This document shows, in pieces, positions 12,393-23,914 of a stretch of DNA of 64,000 nucleotides. The stretch comes from Saprolegnia diclina VS20 (Eukaryota), in the NCBI RefSeq assembly GCF_000281045.1, contig NW_008246081.1, positions 117,838 through 181,837 of the forward strand, in the 5' to 3' direction. The position numbers and the translations under genes were made by a program. A model generated the notes under the pieces. It had not been told where the DNA came from, did no database searches, and saw only the letters and a list, made by a program, of their open reading frames with translations. How positions within the stretch are numbered: the stretch's first letter is position 1; every line of letters starts with the position of its first letter.

Positions 12393-13115
12393 CAACATGG
12401 AACAATTTCTCAATGGCATGGAAACTCGGGCAGATCTTTCGACAATAATATTATAATAGTTTCCATACAAACACCTAGTATAAAACCCAGCACCGCCATT
12501 CCATACGCAAATAGTGTGATTTTTTTTGAAAAAAGCGCTTTGTAATAGGTACCACTGCTCGATTGAAAGCAGGCCCAATCTCGGCATGCAAGGTGTCCAG
12601 AGACCACCCGACGCAGGATCTGGAGACCACGCAAGAGCTCCAGAACTGAACGTTTGGGGATCGTCCAGCGCCACGGAGACGTCAACAATCCAGTTCTCAC
12701 GGAGCTGGTTCACTCTCAGCAGCCTTGACAGCAGTACGTGCACCATACTCGCAAGAGCCATGGATAGAGCGTGCCAGTACCTCAGTCCAATAGTCATCAC
12801 ACGCTTCACAGCAGATAGCTCTACATTACTTTTGGCTGCAGTGTATGTCCAGGCCTGCCATTGCCGATTTTGCAAGTGACATGTTCAAGGCCCTCAACCA
12901 CGGAACCCGAAGCTCACCAACAGCTTGTCGCTGTTGATATAGGCTGTGTGATGAACTCCAGCAAGCTCGGCTTCACCGAAGCGATGTCGACTCAGTTGGC
13001 GTCGTGGATCAAGAATTGCACGAGTTGCAGTGCTTCAACGTACACTATATGCGTGATTACTATGATCAACACTATTTATGGGGCTTCGAATTTCCCACCA
13101 ATCACAACTCGCACG

Positions 13116-13811
13116 ATGGACGATGCTGTGCTGCCCGTTGACGCAGTGTCGCCTGAGGTCCTCGCCGAGTACACGTACCGAGCCAACGCGCAGTTGCCGC
13201 CAGCAGACGCGCAGGAGTACCTCTGGCGGGTGCGGCATGAGGCGGCGTCGCTGCCCGACGTCACCGCAGTAGCCATTGCGTCGTTGCCACCGCCCGCGCC
13301 CACGACGATCCACGACATCTTCCTGCCGGACCTGCCGCCATTCCCTGCGAATCGCGGGCTCTCGGCCGCGCAGGCCATGGAGATCACGTCCGACTTTGCC
13401 GACGTCCGACAGTACCTCGTGCACGTCGAGACAAGCTATAGTATTCCGCGCACCATGATTGTGCCCAAGCTAGGCGACGAAGATGGATGGCGCAAGGTCT
13501 TTGCCTCGACGCCGCCGCACGTGCGCACCTTGGTGCAAATGGACCAGATCATGACGCGCCGGCTGCTGCACACGATGCTTCATTGGCTCGAGGACGACGA
13601 CGACGTCCCCGCGCTCTCGCGACTGCGCGCCGTGTGGCTCTACGCGCTCCTGGCTCGCCTCGACAAGCTGCTTCTTGCAGACATGGATGCGTGCGTCCGG
13701 GACATCTTCCGGTGGTGCTGGCGTGCACGTAGCCTCGCCCCGTCGACGGCCAACGTTGACGCGCTCAACGCTGTGCTATGTATCTGCGGCTTCTTTGGCC
13801 AAGGCGAGTGA
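13116..13811 (+). CDS. GEMIN2: Gemin2 / SMN-interacting protein 1
   Basis: QEYLWRVRHEAASLPDV, WLYALLARLDKLLLAD..RDIFRWC and terminal FFGQ are hallmark SIP1/Gemin2 motifs. Confidence 0.85.
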   Translation: MDDAVLPVDAVSPEVLAEYTYRANAQLPPADAQEYLWRVRHEAASLPDVTAVAIASLPPPAPTTIHDIFLPDLPPFPANRGLSAAQAMEITSDFADVRQYLVHVETSYSIPRTMIVPKLGDEDGWRKVFASTPPHVRTLVQMDQIMTRRLLHTMLHWLEDDDDVPALSRLRAVWLYALLARLDKLLLADMDACVRDIFRWCWRARSLAPSTANVDALNAVLCICGFFGQGE

Positions 13812-16512
13812 TGAGTCAGTCGTCGGCTTGGTAATGTACCGGTATTTCAGTAGCTGTGCCCCACGGTGGAATCTCGACTGTGGTCGTGGCTCGTCATTGT
13901 AGAGCGGAATAAGCAGCGTACATTCATAGTACTCGTTGCAAGAGCCTTGAATCCTCGTAGAAGTGAGTGGCACACAGGACGACCAGATCCTCCAAATGGG
14001 CGCAGCGCAAGGGCGTCGTTGCAGCCACGACCGCGACAGCCCATGCTCCTTGTCTCGTCTTTCGTACCTCGTGCAAATGCCTCTCTCGGCTGCGTACAGT
14101 ACACTTGCATCGCTGCCGAGTACTAGTACTAGGAAGAGGATGATGGACAGGCCTGGGTTGAAATCAAGGCTACTGAGCTCGAATGGGAGCCTGATCCGAG
14201 GTCGGCGGATCGCGCCTGGAGACGCCGCCGATCGAAACGACGCGCCCTGCCTCATGATTACACTCAACGAGTAGCTTTCTTGGCATGAATATGCAGTCGT
14301 CCCACGTTATGAGCAACGACGCGGCCGCCGCCCGCGCTCTCATTGGACCGTACCGTCTTATCATCGCGGCGTAATACGTGGCGCGACGAGGGTCCTGCGC
14401 CACTGCCTTGCCCGACCTCGAGGAAGCGCCTGGATCTCTTTCACCTTGGACCGCCACATGGCCGCCTTCAAGAACGCAACAGGTGGCGTGCGACATGAAC
14501 AGAATAATCTGCATCCAAGAAGGCAGGAAGATCGGCAATTCGGCAAAGTGCAACGTTGGCGGGGCGGGAGGGATCAGGCGTCGCACAGACACGATGGAAG
14601 CCATCAGTTGGGACCCTCGCCCGTCCTTCGTCGAGGCTTGAAGTGTCTTGCATCCGACAGTCTTGGGTCCGTCCTTGTCAGGCACGTCGTGCTAAGTGTA
14701 CAGTACATACGGGGCCATGTGGCACATTGGTCGTTTAGTATCGTATACAGCATGTGCTGGTATGCACGACGCCCCGAAATCGCTCACAAACAACGAAAAC
14801 CTGATGAGTGCTGGCCTCTTCTCACATGGCTGCTTCACTTTCGTGGGCTTCCGGCTCGTCTAAGCCAGCCATTCTCATGTCGTCTTCTAAGATCGCACGA
14901 CCTTGTTTCAGGCCTCCTCCCTTGCCTCCCACGACGCCACGTTTGCCCAATCATTAGCTAATTTTCGAATCGGCGGGGCGACGCGCCGGGACGAGAGACA
15001 CGATCCTTGCTGTCAATGAGGCGGCGAGCGCGACCCGGTTTCGAGAGCTGGAGGCCACCGTCGTTGTTGCGGCAACATGTCCCAGTGCACGGCAATGCCA
15101 GCCAGTAACAATAGCTACGAGACTGCGGAGCTTCCTGCGCATCGATCGACGACGCAACGCCGCGTTGGATTGGCGCTAAACCCGCAGAGACGTCAGTGCT
15201 ACTCGAGAGCGCACCAGTGTAAACAAGCACGAGCGGCGCGGCAGAGCTCGCATCGAGCCATTGAAAACCACGGCGGATGACCCATTAGTCCCTGGCGGGT
15301 CGCAGATGCCAGTTGAATAAACAACGCTTTTGTTGGTCGTGCTCTCTGCGGCCGAGAAGAGCTGCAGAGCATATGGTGGTCAAACCTGACAGTTTGCCTT
15401 CAACAGATTGCGCATTCTCTGCGCGTGTGGCTACAACGCAAAGCGCGAGGTCGCAGCGGGCTATCAAAGCGCCAGAGTAGGATAATCAGCCCCTCTTGGC
15501 CCGTGATTGAAGCCAAGGGAGCAAGTCCTAGAATGATCCGGCAACGAGTAGCTGATCTCGACCCGAAATACGGTCGAGCCAGCGACGGGACGACCTAGAC
15601 AAGGCACGTCCATGATCTCCGAGAGCGATCGCGGCCGCAGACGGGCGATACCCCAGACCATTATACGCTCGGAAGAGCGTTCAGGCTTCCGGCATCTTCC
15701 GTGATCCAAGCAGCCTGTCGTCGAGTGCTCGAACCATCTGGCTTGCACTTGGTGCTTGGTGGTGGCCCTTTTTTCTGCAAAGTTCTCCGCTGTGAAGAAG
15801 AAGCTTGCTGCTTGGGTTTCTTCGACCGAGTAGCCGCTAGTAGTGTCGTAGCTCGTCGTACTGGACGCACAATGAAGCCGAGGCGCGACGGCAATGTCCT
15901 CTGATTGGGTACTCCGACGGCCACCCAACAACCTTCGCATCGAAAGCACTGCACAACCAAGACGGTGGTAACCGAGAAGATCAAGCTCCGCCGCTCGAGC
16001 GCTGCCAACGAGCTCTGCCAACGACGCCGGTAGCCAAGGCGGTGGTCGTGTCGTCGGCCGAGCGGCTGTCTAGCAACGCAGGACTTTGCCTCCTTAGTAC
16101 CCTCATTAGATGCGAACATTGGATGACGTAGTACTCGCTGTGCGACGGACGACTGGTCGACGGTCGGGACGATGCGCGAAGCGCGCGCCGATTCGAATAA
16201 TTTACGCGTGAGATCGCGCCAGACCTATTTGCTCGTGCGAGCGACCATGACGGCGCTTCTGCTGCTGCCAACGACGACAAGTTTCTGTTGGCGTCGTGTA
16301 TTGTGGCGAGTGTTGCACCCGCGGGCAATCATATCGTCAGGTGGCCGCGCTGTCACGGGCAGTGTCACCACTCTTGCAAGTTTACACGCTGGATGCATCG
16401 GCCGGTTGGCCGGGCTTAGAAAGGCGCAGTGTCCCACGGCGGCCTCCCACTCTGCACCGAGTTATATACCCACCTGCTGTTGCGTCGGCAAGCCGCAGCA
16501 TTTTCTGCTTGC

Positions 16513-16530
16513 ACTCACTCCACAATTTGC
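16513..16530 (+). promoter_or_regulatory. Oomycete INR+FPR core promoter
   Basis: ACTCACTCCACAATTTGC resembles the oomycete GCTCATTYBNNNWTTY core; ends 24 nt upstream of ATG 16554. Confidence 0.65.
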
Positions 16531-16553
16531 TTTGTACTCGACAAGACCCAACT

Positions 16554-17216
16554 ATGACGACCGGACGCTCGTGGTCAGAGGACTTTACCAGCATGTACCA
16601 TGACCCGCGCCCGCACGACATGGCCCACCGGTCGTGGTCCGTCTGCGACGACTATACGCCGTATGCGCCTACCGAGGTCTCGGCGTCGCCGTCGTCGTCG
16701 AGCTCGGACACGGCCGAAGCTGGCGCGATCACGTATCCGCAGGCCACCAACATGGCCCACAAATGCGGCTACCGCACGGGCAAGTGCTTCAACCTCCGCG
16801 CCCAGAAGCGCAACGGCAAGGATCACAAGCTCTGCGACTTCCACCGCGAGAAGGCCAACCTCAACCAAAAGAAGCTCGACCGGAAGAAGCGCCTGCGCCG
16901 GTTCTCGCCCTACGACGAGAAGGCCGCACCGCTGAGCCTCCCGAGCCTCCTCGAGGAAGACAAGGTCGAGGACGACGACGAGCTCACGGCGTCGTCGCCG
17001 ACGCGCATCGATGACGCGCCGCTGGTCCTCGGGTTTGACGAAGTCGAGTTCTTTTGCCACGTCATGACGCCCGAGATGCGCCACCAGACACCGAAGACGG
17101 AGCCCGCGCCGCTCTCGCTCGACACGACCACGTGCCGGAGCAGCGACGACGCGACGTCGTCGGCCCTCGACATGCTCTTCAAGTCGGAAATCATGTTCTT
17201 CGTCGATCAAATGTAA
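16554..17216 (+). CDS. Oomycete-type C-x6-C-x14-C-x2-H basic-domain protein (putative nucleic-acid-binding regulator)
   Basis: Motif CGYRTGKCFNLRAQKRNGKDHKLCDFHREKANLNQKKLDRKKR with acidic/Ser-rich flanks. GC3-rich codons. Core promoter directly upstream. Confidence 0.75.
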   Translation: MTTGRSWSEDFTSMYHDPRPHDMAHRSWSVCDDYTPYAPTEVSASPSSSSSDTAEAGAITYPQATNMAHKCGYRTGKCFNLRAQKRNGKDHKLCDFHREKANLNQKKLDRKKRLRRFSPYDEKAAPLSLPSLLEEDKVEDDDELTASSPTRIDDAPLVLGFDEVEFFCHVMTPEMRHQTPKTEPAPLSLDTTTCRSSDDATSSALDMLFKSEIMFFVDQM

Positions 17217-18857
17217 CTTGTACGGGCTACGACTAAGCTCAACTCACTAAAAGTGTAATAATATTTAATGCTGGCTATAAGCTATGGACAAAAATCATCC
17301 CTTGCGAACACATCTCTCCATCTCGCTACGCCCACAACGTACTCCCAGGCACTAGCATCATCACTGCGGCAAAGTGCGCAGTAGTTCAACGGGTGTTCAG
17401 CGTCCATGGTTCACGACTCGCACAGCAGAGGAGGCGGCTGTCCGACGAAGGGCTCTGCTGATGTAGAAAGGGACGGCCCATGCACGGATCGTTGAGGCTA
17501 GCGTTGGACGTTGGCGCGGCCGACAGGCCCTTATCGCTGGGCGGTGATCATGGCGTGGGACGAAAGGCCGTGCCAGAGATCGTAGCACTCGATACGACTG
17601 CAGATAGACGAGAGCATCCTATCTCGGCTGCCAAAATTGCCCGTCGCTTCCCGACGCACCGTGGCCCGGTGCATAGAATGCAGCTTGAAGTTCAACGCTC
17701 GGCCGATGCAAAAACCAAGTCACTTGGACCGATTTTCAAGCGTGTGACCGAATTTTGCGTCGAAATAGGACTTTTTCGCCATAATGGCCTCGAGTCAGGA
17801 CGCTTTCATGCCGAGCAACAGCCTTGTCGAATCGCAAGGACATGGGACCAGGCTCTGTCTCGGAGGATCGAGCTATTGTCGCGCGGTGACGTGCTCGCGG
17901 TCTGGGCGTGATGGGGCAAAGAGACCAGGCGATTGAGTTGCAATTGCGATGTGCGGCTTCTCTACTCGGCAGAACGTGGTACTCGGTGGCAATACTTGTT
18001 GTCGGCGGACGTCAACTCCTTGGCACCAGCGCCAACGGCGTGTTCTAGCATGTTCGATGCATACCTGATCGGAGTGTGTATGACGAGCGGCCACGGTCGG
18101 GGGCAACGCTCGTAGCAAACTGAGGGCAACGCCCTATTTGCGTACGATATCCGAATCTCGGACCTTCCGGAATGGATTTACCGGGAAGCAAAGTGAAGAA
18201 GCTCGGTTCTGCAACGTTTTCGTTTGGGGGCGCACATGTCGCTTTCAGCAGCATAGTCCACGCCTTTGCCAATGCGCGACGATACGAATCACACCTCATG
18301 AGTCTACCGGTACCCAAGTCAACCCGATAGAATTGAAGGGTAAATTCCATTGCCGGTTTGGTTGTGGGTGAGACCGCTCTCTCCCTTTTCCGCAGCAACC
18401 GCTGTCCGTCCGTGGCAAGCGTACCGGGTGCCAAGGACACGACGACAGCGCGAAGGGCTGCGCTGTTACTGCGACGCTCCCCACGGCCACAAAAATGTTC
18501 CGTTCCCCAGTCCCGTCGCTGTCCGTACATGCTAAATCCGTGCATGGTGCTGCGACCTACGTGTCGCGCTTGGTTGGTTGCCACGGCGCATAGAGCGGTC
18601 GTGGCGATCCCGTCGTCAACGCATGGGAGCATCGTGAGCGAATCCTGTGCGCAGCGTCGGCCAGGTCGTCTCGACGTCGGTGCAAAGACACGGTGGGCGA
18701 CGATGTATACGATACCAATGCAAACCAGTTGACAAGTGTGTTTGCAACGCATGGACGCCCGATGGAGCTGCTGGAGCAGATGATGGAGCCCCCAGGAGAG
18801 TGAGAAGGTGATACCTCTTTTTGTCATTTTGGTCGCCGAAACTCCCGCCAAAATCGA

Positions 18858-19295
18858 ATGCTCAAGCTGGTGGCCGTCGGCTGCACGGCCATGTATGCTG
18901 GTGCATCCGTGTACATTAGTCTGGTGCAGCACCCGTCGCTCCTCCTCATGACCGATTATCGGATGCAAGCGATCTTCTTTGCCGACATGTACGACGCCGC
19001 CGGCCGCGTCATGGCCCCGCTGTCCGTACTCGGAAGCGGCGCTGCGCTCACGGTCTGGCTAATCAACCGGTCCGAGCTCATGTGGCTCGCGGGCGGTCTC
19101 TGCATGGCGTCGATTTTACCATACACCACCTACTACATGCTGCGGCTCAACGCGACGCTTCGGGACCCGCGACGAGCGCTTCGGCGCGGCCCGACCTGGC
19201 TACACCAACGACTCCAACAGTGGGGCCGCCATCACGCAGTCCGCTCGTTCTTGAGCTTGACAGCCACCTCGACTATGTTATTTGGACTGCGGTAG
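18858..19295 (+). CDS. DUF1772 / anthrone-oxygenase-like small membrane protein
   Basis: 145 aa with four hydrophobic segments. Motifs GASVYISLVQHP, PYT..M..LN..L and WGRHHAVRS are typical of DUF1772. TCATTTT INR-like element upstream. Confidence 0.75.
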   Translation: MLKLVAVGCTAMYAGASVYISLVQHPSLLLMTDYRMQAIFFADMYDAAGRVMAPLSVLGSGAALTVWLINRSELMWLAGGLCMASILPYTTYYMLRLNATLRDPRRALRRGPTWLHQRLQQWGRHHAVRSFLSLTATSTMLFGLR

Positions 19296-19345
19296 ACGAC
19301 GTAAGTATGTTATACTAGAGTGTGTTGTGTACAAAGGTGAACGCA

Positions 19346-22002
19346 TCAAATGGGTCGCTCCCAGCGCAACGCCTCGTCGAGCTGCTTCTCCAAGAGCGCA
19401 TTCCGCGAGCTCAGATACACAATGTCGTTGTGGGCTTGCTGCAGCAACTGGACGGCCGTCGTGTACTTCCGCTGCATCTGCAAACGCTCTGCGTCCCACG
19501 CGGCTGTGAGCTCCGAGAGCATCTCCTGAAGCTGCGTTTTTGTCTGCGTCTGTGACTCGGCAAACGTGTGCTTGAGACGGTGCATCTCTTGGTTCATCAA
19601 GAGCGCTCGGTCGCGCTGCTTGACGACTTCTTCCGCGAGCCGCTTTTCCTTGTCGACACTTTCGTTCAAAATGCTTTCGAGCTTGACACGCTCGTCCTCG
19701 GCCTGCGTTTTGAGCCGCTGGCTACACGACCCGCGTGAATGACGGCTTGAAATGAGAGACACTGCACCGTTCCTCAGCGAGCGCTTGCTCCAGGAACGAC
19801 TCCTTCTCCTGCTTCATTTTCTGGCGCTCGTCTTCTTGGATTGCCTGTGCGTCCATTATAGCGAGACTGATACGGTCTCTAAGCGAAATTTCGTACTTGT
19901 CGGAGCTTTTCATTCTCTTGGAGAACCGCCGACTTGGCTGCAATGTCGGCTTCTTCTTCGAGCTACTCGTTCGTAATTGGGTTTGCTACTTGAGCAGAAA
20001 TGGAAGGACGCACAATTTTGTCTTCGACGGCCTTTTGCTGGTCTTTTAAACTCGCCAACGCATCCCGCTCCTACGCACAGGTGACTGGCCTGCTGCGAGA
20101 GATACGCTACCGCGATGAGCTGCTCTTTCATCTTGTCGATGACGACCAAGAGCTCGGGCACGCGGGCGTCGCGTTCGTTGGTTTTGGTGACGTCTTGGTA
20201 CGTCTGAATGTCACTTTGGAGCTTCTTTTTGATCGTGCCGTAGTTGTCTTTCTTTTCGCGGAGTACTTTGGTCAATTTGGCTTTTTCCTACCATTTCAAC
20301 CCGTCATTTCAGGTAAATCGCTGGCATGTTTGGACTTGATGGAGGCGCTTGACGCGCTTGATGCCATCGATTTTCTCTTCTTTGACCGTCTACTCGACGT
20401 TGAATTGTTGCATTTCATTTCAACCAAACTGCGCACCTGCATGAAGGCGAGGATATTGGTCTCATTCGCCATGCTCTTTTGACGCTCGGCTTCGTACAAG
20501 GCGGCCAGCCGCTCCTTCTCCTCCCACGACTAGAGGCATTGCCTCTCGATTCTCGTGCACAAACATTGCAGGTACCTGCTGCTTGGCACGCTCGAGGTTG
20601 GCGATCATCTCGTCCATGTCGCGCAAAGCGTCGGGATTGGCCGGCACCGCCACCGAGTTGCCCTGGACCATTTGCCGCAGGCGCTCAATCTCCTCGCGAA
20701 GCTCGCGGATCATTTTTTCGTTGACATCCTAGTACCGCGATTTCTGTGCGATTTTCAATTTCAAATCAACTATGAGAGTACCTCATTCTTGCGCGTTGCA
20801 TTTTTGATCGACTTGGCGCGATTGGCGTACTGCAGCGTGCCAAGCGACTCGTCGTAGTTGTAGTCGGCAGGCGAGACCGCTGCGATCATGACTGTGAGCG
20901 AGTTGCCACCAAGCGACTCCTAACGCAGGTAGTATGAAGAAGACTGTTCGCCAAGAAGTTCGTACTTGAAGAAGTCGCGTCAGCTTCGAGTCGCGATAGG
21001 GCACGTGACCCTTCTTGGACCGATCCGCGAGCATGTTGATGACGTTGCCGAGGGCCGAGAGGCTCTTATTGATGGCAGCACCCTCCTTGAGCCGGTCGCC
21101 AGTTGCACCCGTTTTGGCTGCGCGTTCTGAGCCCGCCAAGTCGACCTAGGAACATAATTTTGACATTTGATGACGCGAGGAAGGCGACTACGAGGTTGAT
21201 CTTGGCGTTCATGATCGTCTCGCGCGTGATATCCCCCAGTGTCTCGGTTTTCTTGGAACCGATTTTGATGGTAAAGCACGAGTGCGACCGCGAGCTTCGT
21301 TCGTTCATTTGGGTTGCCGCGACTTGCCTGACCTTGTTGCCTTCGTCGATGAGCCGCGAGACGTCGCTGGGCTCTCGCACCACGAGCTACAAGACGCTGC
21401 ATTAAGTCCAGGAAGAGATAACGGGTCCCTCACTTCGGCCAAGTGCTCCACGTAGATGCCCATGTCGGGGTGCTCGCGGATCTTAAGCACCTTATCGGAC
21501 GGGTTGAGGAGGTCCTTGATGACTTCGTTGTAGATCTCGAGAAACGAGACCGTGATCAGGTACTTGGTCTCATCGTTGGTTTGCGCCGCGACGCGCCTAG
21601 CTCTGCGTCAATACCAAAATTATATCGTCGCAGGTAGTACTGGAAAAGGTCGAAGTTCATTTTGGGAATGATGCCATGGTCGTCACCGGACCCCATCATC
21701 GTGTGCGTCTTCCCAGACCCTGTTTGGCCGTACGCAAAGATGGTGCCGTTGTAGCCCTGGAAAGCCTGGTCCACGAGCGGCTGGGCCACTTCGGCGTACA
21801 CGGTCGCTTGGTCCGAGTCGACAAAGTAGCAGTAGTCGAATGTGAACTTCTTCTTGGCCTCTTCTGCGCCTGCCGTCGGGCTCTCGATGCAAATCATCTT
21901 GTCGACGACCGACACGATCGTCTTGGCGCCCATTTGCGTCTCCTTGCCGCTCATGGGCCGGCAGCGCACAGCCACCTTGACGTTGACGTCGTTGGACGCC
22001 AT
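19346..22002 (-). CDS. N-terminal-motor kinesin (kinesin-3-like motor) with coiled-coil tail, multi-exon
   Basis: [10 protein letters not shown]-loop [49 protein letters not shown]. Several short introns; coiled-coil C-terminus. Confidence 0.92.
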
Positions 22003-22748
22003 CCTTCCCAAGAGGCAAAGGCGTTTCAGAGACTCCAACAAGATTGCTTTCAGCTGCTATCGTCACCTTGGCAACAATGTTGTGGCCTACTAGTATGTAG
22101 CAATAAACAGTTTATTGACCCTTCCTGGCAGCCTTCCTGGAGAGCTTGACCAATAATCCTGTCGTTGCGATCTGGATACGCCCTGTAGCAAACGGGCTTA
22201 AGCCCAGGTGCCTCTATCCTCTTGAATGTTCCTTGCGCCTCATAACCACGTAAGGCTAACAGAACGCCTTACCTACCCTGTTACTTGGCTGGAGCGCACG
22301 CCTTCACCGTGAGGAATGCTCCTTGACATCGAATCCAGGCCAATCATTGGCTAATTTTCAATATTTCTAGACCAATCAGCGGTGACAGGAGTCGGCCCAC
22401 GGCGCCCGCGCCGATCACAGAGCGTTTGATCCTCCGATGGCACTTGAAAACGAAATCGCTCATACTTGGCATGCCGATAGCCCATGTCTTGGGGAGCTCG
22501 AAATGCCACGTCGCGTCATCGGAAGCAGTCTACAACCAGAGAAATGCGTTCTTGAATATCAGCATTATTGTGTCGAAGCCAAGCTTGCAGTGCGTCAAGG
22601 GTCCCTCGCTGAGTTTTACTGCGATCGCAAGCCCCTTATTATTACCTCTCGTTAGATAATTCCCGTGGAACCGCATTGTAGCCTCAAATGAGGGGAGAGG
22701 CCAAGGAATCGGTTCAAACAATTTGATGTGAAAAGCAAAACAATGAAT

Positions 22749-23555
22749 TTACTTGGTACTCGAGTCCGCACTCGGCTCAGGCTTGGACGGCGGGCTGTTG
22801 AGGAAGGCACCGCGGAACGGCAGCAGCGGGAGCACGTTCTTGTGGAATTGCATGCGGAGGCGGTCGACGGCGTTGCCAATGTTGTCCAGCGCCGGGCGGA
22901 CGTCCATGTACACCGAGATCGGCTTCCCGGGCGTCGGGTGGCCCGTGTAAAAGTCGATGACGTACCGGACTTCTTCGCCGTTGCGGTCGATAATCCAGTC
23001 GTGGCGGTCGAACGGGAGGTTGGCCATGCCAAAGAGGTTGAGGAGGCGCGCTTTCGGCGTAAAGTCCTTGGGACGGCCCATGAAGCGCACGAGCTTTGGG
23101 TCGCCGTGCGTGTACGCATCGCCGTGCAGCGTCTTCTCCGTCTCGACGACTTCGGCCCAGCCTTTCTCGTTGATGGTGTTGTGGATGCTCACAATGACCT
23201 TCATGTCACGCTCCTGCGGGTCCCAGCCCTTGCGCTTCATCGCGTTAAAGTACTGCTGCTCGGAAGGGTACTGCCACGTATCCTGGCCTTCCTTCTGGTG
23301 CGCCGGCACGTATGAGCCCATCGGAATCGTCGATGCCACGCGCTGCGTGCTCAGCGGAACGCTCTGGCCCTTGGCGACCGATTGATCCGCCGGCTCCATG
23401 AAGTTGAGCGTGTTGAGGCCGGCCATGCTCGGCCCGCCCATCTTGCTGTGGTCGACCGGGCAGCCACCGGTGGTCGGCGCGCTGTGGTCGACGGGGCAGC
23501 CGCCGGTGGCCGGCGCGCCATGGTCCACGGGGCAGGCAGGCGGCGACGACGACAT
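22749..23555 (-). CDS. HCCS: Holocytochrome c synthase (cytochrome c heme lyase)
   Basis: Three CPVDH heme-regulatory motifs; WQYPSEQQYFNAMKRKGW, IHNTINEKGW, PFDRHDW, VRYVIDFY, DVRPALD. Confidence 0.95.
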   Translation of the reverse strand: MSSSPPACPVDHGAPATGGCPVDHSAPTTGGCPVDHSKMGGPSMAGLNTLNFMEPADQSVAKGQSVPLSTQRVASTIPMGSYVPAHQKEGQDTWQYPSEQQYFNAMKRKGWDPQERDMKVIVSIHNTINEKGWAEVVETEKTLHGDAYTHGDPKLVRFMGRPKDFTPKARLLNLFGMANLPFDRHDWIIDRNGEEVRYVIDFYTGHPTPGKPISVYMDVRPALDNIGNAVDRLRMQFHKNVLPLLPFRGAFLNSPPSKPEPSADSSTK

Positions 23556-23914
23556 GCGATCGAAGGTGCTCGAATTCGAAATCGATGGCACGCGGGAAAA
23601 ATACACTATTCCGATATTACACCATTTGTATGTGTCATTGAAGCTAAAAATAGTGTAATGATTGCCGATCCCCACGTGGCAGCGGCGTTGGCCGTGGCAA
23701 CTGCGTCGTCGACAGACGCTGCAACACGCTGCTTCGGAGATGGCGCGTCGATGGCTCGCACCCAAAGCGCCGACTTGGGTGCTGGTTGACCACCGTGGGC
23801 CAGATGCGGCTGACACGCGCGAACCCACAACGCGACGACAGTGTCCGACTTTGCCAGCGGTCGACGACGTGCATGAACACTCTGTATTACTCGCACCAAG
23901 TCTATCGAAACCGT

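Noticed and set aside
12440..13080. Lower-GC stretch with faint ankyrin-like phrases on the minus strand (LQNRQWQAWTYTAAKSNVEL), and long 5' extensions of the TMEM131 and Gemin2 ORFs
   Set aside because: Needs several frameshifts and stops, and the similarity is too weak to call. The extensions lack coding-like codon bias.
13812..16500. Many short ORFs in the long intergenic region
   Set aside because: No recognisable motifs, GC3 bias or splice-consistent model; no TIR/TSD found by eye.
17217..18850. 307-aa minus-strand ORF 18045-18968 and neighbouring ORFs
   Set aside because: Overlaps the DUF1772 gene antisense; composition looks non-coding.
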